Origin: a virus
Length of the DNA stretch: 14,455 nt
Direction: 5' to 3' (one strand)
UHGV virus genome: UHGV-0102464
Below, in pieces: positions 1-7,166 of this stretch. Both the position numbers and the translations under genes were made by a program. Position 1 is the first letter of the stretch. Each line of letters opens with the position of its first letter. The notes under the pieces are model-generated. The model ran no database searches. It was not told the DNA's origin and worked only from the letters and a program-made list of their open reading frames with translations.

Positions 1-176
1 CCGGAGGAAAACATGGTCAGGCAAAAGTGTAGCGGTATTAGGCGCAGCTATTTAGTTTTCCATATAAAATAAATAGTTGCGATTGTCTAATCTGTTGTAG
101 TAAATGTGCAGACATTGAAAGAGAAAGACCAGGTTTTTCTTTTCTAACCGAAGGGAAGAAAAGCAAGGGGAAACCG

Positions 177-220
177 GAGAAGCAAGCGCAGCGGCTTCGC
201 AGAGTTAGCCCTTGCTTCTC
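177..220. repeat. GC-rich inverted repeat (10-bp arms GAGAAGCAAG / CTTGCTTCTC, 24-nt spacer) within AT-rich non-coding flank
   Basis: Read directly: arms at 177-186 and 211-220 are exact reverse complements. No T-run follows on either strand, so it is not an obvious intrinsic terminator. Function unknown. Confidence 0.5.
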
Positions 221-930
221 TTATAATTGGCATTATTCATTCAAGAACAATAGGATCTTCGCTTGTACAAGCGAAGCTATAATAAAAACAATCAATTAAT
301 TATTTTAAAAGTATTAAACAAGAACCTATTGACATTCATAAAATACAAGTTATTTATAATGTATGCCATAAATAAAAAGTTTTATGTCATATGTATCCTG
401 CACTATGTGCAGTTAATGTACCACTTGTCCCATAGATGGGAATATTGGAAAGGTTACTTTGTTTTGAAGTAGCCTTTCGTCCTTCAATATTAACGATTAC
501 TTATTGCTATTACCAAGTCCAGTCGAATCGAAGAACATCTTTTATCTGAAACGACTCCTAATACCCGGTTAAAGCCACAATAACTCTCGCATACGTAGAC
601 CAAAGAAAAATTATGATATTAAATATGTGATTTTTTTTAGTGTTAAGTTGAATAATTAAATACTGGAGAGTTTTCTGTGCACTACCAATTGCTGGTTCAT
701 CTGTTCTGCCGCTGATGTTTCTGACGAATCTCCCGGTGACACAGAACTGTCCCTCTCTACCAGCCTTTATTCGACTCAATGTCCGGCTGCTGATACGCAG
801 TTATCCCTTCGTATCAATGACTGACACTTAAACGTAATGCTTTGGTTGCTGGCGTATCTGACAGCTTCTTCGGCGTGAAGGTCGTTGTGTAAGTATACTT
901 CTTGGTTTATTTAGGCTATATAAAACATGA

Positions 931-1827
931 CTATGACTTGCTGTTTTCAGTAAGAGTCTTATCATCCAAAGAATTTATTCTAGAAATTCTTTTTAACTCA
1001 TTAAGATAATCAACCTCGTTTTCTAAGAACCAATGAAGAACTTTAGAATTGCCAAGTAATTTATTAATATATGACTGGATTATAACGAATTTCAACATAT
1101 CTGAACCATACTCGGTTTGAAGCTTTTTCGTTTCTTCCGAAGTTGTTGCCATTTCTTGTTCCAGACGAAGTATGGTTTTTTTTATATCCTTTTTATAGGG
1201 AGTGTTTTTCCCTTTATTTACTATCATCGATGCCGGTGTTGCATCCAAGATGCTCATTGCAAATTTTTTACTATAATTATCAAAATTAATCATTGTACCG
1301 ACTGCTTCAATTTGGCGAATTGGCTTCATTTTCCTCAAAACGTCAAATGTAGCCTTAGGTATAGGTTTATCAGAAAGTTTCGCAATTACACTTGGATCTA
1401 TGCCGTTCATCACATTCGCTTTATCTTTTATGGCATCAACAGATATGCCCAAAGCAGCACTAAGTTTTTCAATTGATACTTTTGCCAGAGACTTAATTAT
1501 CATTCTATGTTCTTCAACTACATTTATATGATTCACTTGTTTGTTAGGAGTGAAAGCATCATCTATGCTCGAAAGTATACATGGGGCTTTTTCTATACCT
1601 AAGTCTTTTAAAGCCTCAACCCTTAAATGGCCATCAAGTATCTTAGTGACATCTTTATCTTTGTCATAGAATACTATTATTGGTTCAATAATACCTAAGC
1701 TTTCGATAGAGGTAACTATTTGATGATATTTATGGCTTCGCTTTACGTTTTCTAATAATTCCTTAGATGGAATTAACTTATTAGTTTCCAGGTAAATAAA
1801 ATTATCGCCAAAACGTATCTGAATCAT
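931..1827 (-). CDS. ParB/Srx-fold (ParBc-like) domain protein, 298 aa, paralog of the upstream gene
   Basis: ORF track 931..1827. The ATG at 1827-1825 overlaps the stop of the upstream gene (ATGA), indicating translational coupling. The N-terminal ~100 aa fit the ParB N-terminal pattern (..SIESLGIIEPIIVF..ILDGHLRVEALKDLGIEKAPCIL..), followed by an HTH-like stretch (KLSAALGISVDAIKDK). The C-terminal ~150 aa are unassigned. Very AT-rich. Confidence 0.7.
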   Translation of the reverse strand: MIQIRFGDNFIYLETNKLIPSKELLENVKRSHKYHQIVTSIESLGIIEPIIVFYDKDKDVTKILDGHLRVEALKDLGIEKAPCILSSIDDAFTPNKQVNHINVVEEHRMIIKSLAKVSIEKLSAALGISVDAIKDKANVMNGIDPSVIAKLSDKPIPKATFDVLRKMKPIRQIEAVGTMINFDNYSKKFAMSILDATPASMIVNKGKNTPYKKDIKKTILRLEQEMATTSEETKKLQTEYGSDMLKFVIIQSYINKLLGNSKVLHWFLENEVDYLNELKRISRINSLDDKTLTENSKS

Positions 1828-2719
1828 TTTAATACCTCTTTGTTTACTGGGGTTAATATCTGAGATGGTAGTTCTGAAAGATTCTCTTGTTCAAGTATAT
1901 GTTGAAAGCTTTTATTCATCATTATGATGTTAAAAATCTCATTTACTATTAGTAGGTTGGTTTTTATGAATTTTGAGTTGTTATAAACAGATTTATGTTC
2001 AGCGATACTATTTTCATAAAGCTCAATCAACTCCTCTGCAGTCATCCTTTTTGATGGTTTGTGATAATAAAATCCGGCTGCTTTTGCACCTTTATTCCCA
2101 ACTGTTCTTTGATTTAGAATGTGTTTTATCTTTATAATGTCCCGACTTTTTATTAATTTTTTATCATATGCTTCGGTAAGAATATCTTGTGCTTCCTCAG
2201 TTTCACATCTTGCAAATTGCACTGCGAGATACAGAGGCAAATTACCCCGTTCGACTGCTGAGAGAAGTTTATGCTCTCCCTTATCAAGTAGCATATTAAT
2301 ACTGCTCACCCAGTTCGATGAATATCCAGTAATCTCACTTATTTCGGAGTCTGAAAGTCCTCTGATTTTCATGTCTTTAATCACCTGTAATAACTCATTA
2401 GAACGTGGTCTTCTCCTTGCAATGTTTTCAACTAAACTCATAACGTAAGCATCTTCTTCTGATACATCTCTTATAATTGCTGGAATAATAGTTTCACCTA
2501 ATGCAACGAGAGCCTCTATTCTCCCTTGACCACAAATTAAAGCATATTTGAAATCGCCTTCATCAATAGCTCTTACGCTTATAGGCTTGCTTAATCCTCT
2601 TTTTTTATGCTTTCCTTTATTTCTTCATGCACTAACTTATTTCTTGTTCGTGGGTTAAGAAATTTTATTTTTGCAATCTCAATTTGAATTATTGGGAATT
2701 CATTTTTTTCAGGCAGCAT
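1824..2719 (-). CDS. ParB/Srx-fold (ParBc-like) domain protein interrupted by a frame change at an A7 homopolymer; full length (~298 aa) only with a -1 frameshift or a 1-nt tract length change
   Basis: The track ORF 1824..2441 (205 aa) begins MSLVENIARRRP.., which is the middle of a ParB domain. ParB homology continues upstream of that ATG in the same frame (RGLSKPISVRAIDEGDFKYALICGQGRIEALVALGETIIPAIIRDVSEEDAYV) up to a stop at 2627-2625, with no in-frame start. A second register begins at ATG 2719-2717, with a GAGGG Shine-Dalgarno about 6 nt upstream and overlapping the last codons of the recombinase gene. It reads MLPEKNEFPIIQIEIAKIKFLNPRTRNKLVHEEIKESIKK and then stops at 2593-2591. The two registers meet in the A7 run (T7 at 2600-2606 on the + strand). 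The joined protein aligns colinearly with the downstream paralog. Confidence 0.6.
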
Positions 2720-4265
2720 ATAGTTCCCTCACTTTCATGCGAGTAATAATTTGTAGAAGTTTATCAAGATTATCAAATCTATAGAGATCTAATCGAATGT
2801 TGTTTGTTTCCGTCATGCACATTTTATTATATTCGTTTTCAATCTTTGGTATGATATAAAAATCAAGAGGTGAAATATTTTGTGAATTCATTCGTATAAC
2901 AATTGTTATGTCTGCTTTCTGTGAGTTATCAAACCGGACTTTCCATCTAAGTTTACCTGATTTCATATGTATGCATTTAGTAACAAGGACGGAAATTAAA
3001 AACTCATCATTGATGTAAAGCATTGGGGCATATTTATACTCGTCTATATGACAGTTACTTTTTAAAATTTCACCCTTAAAATCCTCAATTATCTCTGAGT
3101 GAAATGATCTTAGTGCTTCATTTATTTTGAGATAGCTGTAATCATGTTCTGGCTTATAACCAATCAAAGTATATGCTCTTAAAAGACCACCAAATCGGGT
3201 TCTATAAACAGAAGATGAAGGGCCTGTATCATCTTCATCAATGATAAAGCCTGATAGTTTTCCATTAGATTCTAATTTTTGTTTTAGTTTTTCTAATAGA
3301 TCTTCATTAGTCAAATGAATGGATCGGAGCTGAATTATTTCTTGAGCTTTATTGTGTTTTTTCTTTGAAATAATAGGTTTATATGCCTTGTCACATCTAA
3401 CCCATTCATGTTTGGGGTTTTTTACAAGCCTACTTTTTAATTTAGATGAGGTTTTGTTATATATGTTGTTTCCAATATATTTTTCATTTGTCAAAATTTG
3501 ATGTATTTTTGCACGAGTCCATAATGTTCCATTTTCTGCAGGTATGTTCTGTTCATTTAATCTCTCAGCAATAATGAATTCTGGGACGTTATTATCTATA
3601 AAGAGATCATATATTCTATTTACAATTTTTATTTCATTTTTTGGTCCCGGAATTAATATTACCCTATCTGTTTGAATACTCTTTCTTTTGCGGAAACTCA
3701 ATATTTCTTTAGCTATGCCATTTTCGTCTACTAAAAGACGTCTCAGCCCATAACCAGCCATACCGCCTTGATGATAACCAAGCTTTATTAAATTTACTTG
3801 CCCTATAAATACCTTTTCAGATAAATTCCTGCTGTGATATGCAGCACTAGATCTTTTTATATTCAGTATAACAGAGGACTCTAAAGGGAAATCTTTAGTG
3901 GGTATAGGTTCGGAACAATATATAAGATCTACACCATTTCTCTCAAATAGAAAGGAATAATATGCCGCTTCATCACTATTTTGAAAACGACCAAAACGGC
4001 TCACATCATAAAATAATACAGCCTGTATATCTATTTTCTTTTGTTCTACATCGCTAAGTAACTGCTGCAAAGAATGCCTGCCTACGATACTGACTCCGCT
4101 CTTACCTGCATCATCGTAGGTATAAGCGATTTCCATATTGTTCTTTTCAGCATAATCTTTGATATATTCGGACTGATTATGTAAAGAATATTGCTGATGG
4201 TCGGTAGACATCCTCAAGTACTGCGCGACCCTAACTCTATGATTTTTGTCATTTTCGCTAGCCAT
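2709..4265 (-). CDS. Large serine recombinase (resolvase/invertase catalytic domain + recombinase domain; C-terminal half divergent)
   Basis: 518-aa ORF with an AGGT Shine-Dalgarno about 7 nt upstream of ATG 4265-4263. N-terminus carries the serine-recombinase catalytic motifs: VAQYLRMSTDHQ (Y-x-R-x-S-T-x-x-Q with nucleophile Ser), DDAGKSG, and VLFYDVSRFGR. A recombinase-domain pattern follows (..LIPGPKNEIKIVNRIYDLF..IAERLNEQNIPAENGTLWTRAKIHQILTNEKYIGNNIY..HEWVRCDKAYKPIISKKKHNKAQEI). I saw no CxxC zinc-ribbon pairs in the C-terminal ~220 aa. Confidence 0.85.
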   Translation of the reverse strand: MASENDKNHRVRVAQYLRMSTDHQQYSLHNQSEYIKDYAEKNNMEIAYTYDDAGKSGVSIVGRHSLQQLLSDVEQKKIDIQAVLFYDVSRFGRFQNSDEAAYYSFLFERNGVDLIYCSEPIPTKDFPLESSVILNIKRSSAAYHSRNLSEKVFIGQVNLIKLGYHQGGMAGYGLRRLLVDENGIAKEILSFRKRKSIQTDRVILIPGPKNEIKIVNRIYDLFIDNNVPEFIIAERLNEQNIPAENGTLWTRAKIHQILTNEKYIGNNIYNKTSSKLKSRLVKNPKHEWVRCDKAYKPIISKKKHNKAQEIIQLRSIHLTNEDLLEKLKQKLESNGKLSGFIIDEDDTGPSSSVYRTRFGGLLRAYTLIGYKPEHDYSYLKINEALRSFHSEIIEDFKGEILKSNCHIDEYKYAPMLYINDEFLISVLVTKCIHMKSGKLRWKVRFDNSQKADITIVIRMNSQNISPLDFYIIPKIENEYNKMCMTETNNIRLDLYRFDNLDKLLQIITRMKVRELYAA

Positions 4266-4435
4266 GCACGAAACCTCATGGGTGATTCAATACAATGTAG
4301 AGGATAAAATTGATCAAATTTTAACCGAATTCAACTGTTTTATCATTGATTAGAGCGAATTTGGTAGATCTTCGAGGTGTATGATAATCGAGAAGAGATG
4401 TGAATTATTTAGCTGATATGACCGACAGCTTTCGT

Positions 4436-4485
4436 TATGTGGACTCAATGTCCCCATTTGTAAATGGCTATGCTTAGTCCACATA
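4436..4485. repeat. Nested palindrome: 10-bp inverted repeat TATGTGGACT / AGTCCACATA enclosing inner palindrome CCATTT-GT-AAATGG
   Basis: Read directly: outer arms at 4436-4445 and 4476-4485, inner palindrome at 4454-4467. It lies in the intergenic region between the integrase stop (4548) and the recombinase start (4265). No flanking T-run, so a protein-binding or recombination site is more likely than a terminator. Confidence 0.5.
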
Positions 4486-4547
4486 GGTTAATGGTGTGAT
4501 TATTAATTCTTTAACTAAATCAAGATAGTTAATCCATCATGGGAGAG

Positions 4548-5777
4548 TTATGCGGCAATAACTTTGCATTTTTGAGACGAAACATAGTCACTCCACCATT
4601 GCATGAGAACCACCCGTTCAGTGAGATACTCTGCACGATTGTAGGCTGCAATTATTTCATCTTTCTTCGAGTGGGCAAGGGCGGCTTCTAAGACATCAGT
4701 CCTAAACTTGCCAGACTCCTCAGCAGCCGTTCTAGCAATGGATCGCATACCGTGAGCTACAAGCTCACCTCCGAAGCCCATACGGATTATGGCCGCATTA
4801 GCTGTTTGTTCATGCATGTGATTGAGTGGAGCTTTGATACTGGGGAACACCCACTCTCTATGCCCGCTGATGACTTTCATTAAATCCAAAACTCGCAAAG
4901 CTTCTTTGCTCAGTGGAACTTTGTGAGGCTTCTTCATTTTCATAAACTCCGCCGGGATGTTCCACATGCCAGTTTCAATATCAATATCTGACCATCTTGT
5001 GCGAACAGCTTCACCTGGGCGAACCCATGTGAGAAGTTGCCACTCAATCAGTAGCCTTGTTTCCAAACGGATAGAAGCATTGTTTAGAGCAACCAAGAAG
5101 CGAGGGAGTTCGGAAGGGGGTAATGCTGGCATATTCTGTTTTTTTGGCTTGCTGAACCGTTGCCCCAGGTTGTCTGCCGGGTTGAATTCTATGAGTTCTT
5201 CTGTTGCTGCATAGCGGAAAATTTCATTCAGGCGGGATATGATGCGGCGAAGTGTTTCAAGGACACCTCGTTTTTCTATGGGTTCTAAATGCTGTTTAAG
5301 CATTTTAGGGCGAATCTCCTTAATTGGGGTATCACCCAATGTGGAAAAGATATTTCTCTCTAGGCTTCGCCAGATGTCGTTAGCATGATCTTGGGAGATG
5401 CCTGACGTTTTGACTTTCTCATCAAGCCACTTCTTGGCTACTGCTTGAAATGTATGTTCCGTGGCATCTTTCAGTGCATTGGCTTTTTGGTTGTTATGAA
5501 CTTGGGGGTCTATACCATTTGTAAGCAACGACAAGTATTCATCACGTAAAGCTCGTGCCTTCGCAAGTGTAAGGTGAGGATAGGTTCCTAAGCTCACCTT
5601 AGTTCGCTTTTTGGTCACAGGCACTGCATATCTGAAATACCAATTTTTCTTCCCTCCCTTCGCCAGGGGAGCGATTCGCAACAGCAAACCATCGCCGTCA
5701 AAAAGGTTAACCTCTTTTTCGGCAGGTTTGGTGCTTTTGATTTCAGTGTCAGTGAGCTTCTTAGCGATTTTGGCCAT
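4548..5777 (-). CDS. int: Tyrosine site-specific integrase, P4/IntA (CP4-57-like) family
   Basis: The track ORF runs to 5858, but the conserved N-terminus MAKIAKKLTDTEIKSTKPAEKEVNLFDGDGLLLRIAPLAKGGKKNWYFRY (arm-type DNA-binding domain typical of P4-like integrases) starts at ATG 5777-5775, so I call that start. The C-terminal catalytic region carries the HxxR box (LVAHGMRSIARTAAEE) and the catalytic tyrosine context (IIAAYNRAEYLTERV). Confidence 0.9.
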   Translation of the reverse strand: MAKIAKKLTDTEIKSTKPAEKEVNLFDGDGLLLRIAPLAKGGKKNWYFRYAVPVTKKRTKVSLGTYPHLTLAKARALRDEYLSLLTNGIDPQVHNNQKANALKDATEHTFQAVAKKWLDEKVKTSGISQDHANDIWRSLERNIFSTLGDTPIKEIRPKMLKQHLEPIEKRGVLETLRRIISRLNEIFRYAATEELIEFNPADNLGQRFSKPKKQNMPALPPSELPRFLVALNNASIRLETRLLIEWQLLTWVRPGEAVRTRWSDIDIETGMWNIPAEFMKMKKPHKVPLSKEALRVLDLMKVISGHREWVFPSIKAPLNHMHEQTANAAIIRMGFGGELVAHGMRSIARTAAEESGKFRTDVLEAALAHSKKDEIIAAYNRAEYLTERVVLMQWWSDYVSSQKCKVIAA

Positions 5778-5875
5778 GTTTGGGACCCTCGATTTTAGGA
5801 CCCATCTTCGTGGGTCCCATTCAGGGTGCCATAACTCGTAGTTCTCAGCAATTCTCACTAGACTACAATAGACGT

Positions 5876-5908
5876 AAAAAAGCCCGCAGAGCTTGTGCTG
5901 TGCGGGCT
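5876..5908 (-). terminator. Rho-independent terminator (minus strand) between the ssrA stub and the integrase
   Basis: On the minus strand: 8-bp stem AAGCCCGC/GCGGGCTT-type (plus 5881-5888 pairs with 5901-5908) with a 12-nt loop, followed by a U-run (A-run 5876-5880 on the plus strand). Confidence 0.55.
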
Positions 5909-5943
5909 TAGTAGACTTTACTGAACTTCAGTACATCAATATT

Positions 5944-5978
5944 TGGTGGAGCTGGCGGGAGTTGAACCCGTGTCCGAA
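5944..5978 (-). other. ssrA: 3'-terminal fragment of ssrA (tmRNA): attachment-site core copy, not an intact gene
   Basis: The reverse complement of 5944-5978 reads TTCGGACACGGGTTCAACTCCCGCCAGCTCCACCA. As I recall it, the 3' end of enterobacterial tmRNA is ..TTCGGACGCGGGTTCAACTCCCGCCAGCTCCACCA, so this matches with one mismatch. Similarity stops immediately upstream, and no tmRNA 5' end (GGGGCUG.. acceptor strand) or tag-peptide region lies within 400 nt, so it is a stub. Confidence 0.75.
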
Positions 5979-6303
5979 TAATGCTTAACCTATTGAATAT
6001 TAATGTTTTGTCTTTTTTGAAAGGCCTCAAGTGCATTTTACGTGCATATCGTGGTCCCTCTAACGTCCTGATTCCGTCCAACATTTTGAAATACTCACGA
6101 CGCTACAGAGCTGCTGAAATGGCGGTTTTCCCGTCGTATTCAGCCAGGTATTTACCGTAATTGCGGAACAGCATTTCCGGCCCTTTATGCCCCATCTGCC
6201 CGGCAAGCCAGAAAAGGTTTACGCCCTGGCTAATGTGTCTGGTGGCGAATGTGTGGCGGGTCTGGTACGGGGTACGGTAGCGACACTTTTTTGCACGTTA
6301 GTG

Positions 6304-6333
6304 TTGACTTTGCATAAAAATGTCCTGTATGCT
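6304..6333 (+). promoter_or_regulatory. Sigma70-like promoter (TTGACT -35, 18-bp spacer, TATGCT -10); candidate late promoter pR'-like
   Basis: TTGACT at 6304-6309 and TATGCT at 6328-6333. It is followed about 35-60 nt downstream by an intrinsic terminator, the arrangement of lambdoid pR'/tR' upstream of lysis genes. Confidence 0.5.
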
Positions 6334-6366
6334 TTCCATCGTGGGATATTACGCCTACACGACATC

Positions 6367-6392
6367 AAACCCGCCTCAGCGCGGGTTTTTTT
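6367..6392 (+). terminator. Rho-independent terminator (tR'-like) ending a very short transcript
   Basis: Stem CCCGC(6370-6374)/GCGGG(6381-6385) with loop CTCAGC, followed by T7 (6386-6392). Confidence 0.7.
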
Positions 6393-6456
6393 ATTTCCAG
6401 CAAGGTTTTTCTTCAATGCGTTTGTTATGTTGTGTTTTTTAACTGAGGGTCAGTTG

Positions 6457-6651
6457 ATGAGCGCAGATGAAAACTTGTTGAGTAAAATTCAGGAAGTACG
6501 GACGGTAGAGGATGTGGAGCAAGTCAATTTGGGCCTTTCTAAAGGCTGGGTGATTTTGAAGATCACCGAGAGCTCTACAGTCTGGGAAGATGGCAGCAAA
6601 AGCAGCCTTGTTACATATCACATGGGCAAGCCGAAGGCATTGCCGGTCTGA
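6457..6651 (+). CDS. Hypothetical small protein (64 aa)
   Basis: ATG 6457 with a GAGGG Shine-Dalgarno 7 nt upstream. The track ORF 6187..6651 extends upstream across the promoter and terminator, so the upstream part is rejected. No recognisable motif. Confidence 0.45.
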   Translation: MSADENLLSKIQEVRTVEDVEQVNLGLSKGWVILKITESSTVWEDGSKSSLVTYHMGKPKALPV

Positions 6652-6687
6652 TCAAGCCTTACCAAATCAAAAATTTCAATCATATAT

Positions 6688-6713
6688 AGGCCACCTCACG
6701 GTGGCCTTTTTTG
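6688..6713 (+). terminator. Rho-independent terminator upstream of lysis cassette 1
   Basis: AGGCCACC (6688-6695), loop TCAC, GGTGGCCT (6700-6707), then a T-run to 6712. Confidence 0.75.
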
Positions 6714-6761
6714 TTTCCCCTCAACCTTCTGAGAGGGTCAACAGCAATAAGAGGGGGCAAA

Positions 6762-7166
6762 ATGTCCGCAGAACCGATATCTGCAACGGTAACGGCAGGC
6801 GTGGCCGCCGGCACTACCGGAATCACCTTCGCGACGATGTTTCCAGAAGCGACACCCGCTGTAATGCTTTGCTCACTTGCCGGGGCTGCTCTTTATGTCC
6901 TGAGCAGTGAAGACCACAAAATCTGGAAGCAGATACTGTTCGCGCTCATCTCATTCATTGGTGGAGTCTACTGCGCCGGAACAGCATCTGAAATCATCGC
7001 TGCGCTAATCAATGCGGCATTAAGTCACCTTTCTCCTCCAGTTTCCGTGAAGGTATCTCCAGCTATGGGTGCCCTGCTGGCTTCATCGGTTTCTGTCACC
7101 ATCCTGGCTCGCATCCTCAAACGGTCGAAGACAGGAGACTTACCCGGATTGAAGGGGGAAGAATGA
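6762..7166 (+). CDS. Putative holin / lysis-associated membrane protein (134 aa)
   Basis: ATG 6762 with a GAGGGGG Shine-Dalgarno. Hydrophobic segments (..AGVAAGTTGITFATMF.., ..ILFALISFIGGVYCAGTA.., ..MGALLASSVSVTILARIL..). First gene of a lysis cassette; stop overlaps the next start (ATGA). Confidence 0.5.
   Translation: MSAEPISATVTAGVAAGTTGITFATMFPEATPAVMLCSLAGAALYVLSSEDHKIWKQILFALISFIGGVYCAGTASEIIAALINAALSHLSPPVSVKVSPAMGALLASSVSVTILARILKRSKTGDLPGLKGEE

Larger units (their letters stand above)
931..5978 (-). mobile_element. Integrase-associated genomic island at ssrA (right boundary = ssrA core copy; left boundary not identified in window)
   Basis: An ssrA 3' core copy sits directly upstream of a P4-family integrase, followed by AT-rich cargo (serine recombinase plus two ParB-like genes) of clearly different composition from the prophage genes to the right. 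No second core copy was found in 1-930, so the element probably extends beyond the left window edge. Confidence 0.6.

Noticed and set aside
263-779. Track ORFs 263..472 (+) and 558..779 (-) in the left flank
   Set aside because: AT-rich low-complexity translations with no ribosome-binding site or recognisable motif; not supportable as genes.
1117-1476. Plus-strand ORFs antisense to the island genes (1117..1476, 2119..2448, 4957..5214, 5611..5841)
   Set aside because: They lie entirely inside longer minus-strand genes with clear domain content, have low-complexity translations and lack ribosome-binding sites.
5778-5858. N-terminal extension of the integrase ORF (track start at 5858, MRIAENYELWHPEWDPRRW..)
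   Set aside because: The conserved P4-type integrase N-terminus begins at the internal ATG 5777 (MAKIAKKLTDTEIK..); the upstream 27 codons are unlike integrase N-termini and overlap the leader region.
5944-6310. Intact tmRNA (ssrA) gene on the minus strand
   Set aside because: Only the last about 35 nt match. No tmRNA 5' acceptor strand, tag-peptide reading frame or further similarity was found upstream of the stub.
6187-6456. Upstream part of track ORF 6187..6651 (154 aa)
   Set aside because: It reads through a promoter-like element and an intrinsic terminator; the downstream ATG 6457 has a proper Shine-Dalgarno, so only 6457..6651 is kept.
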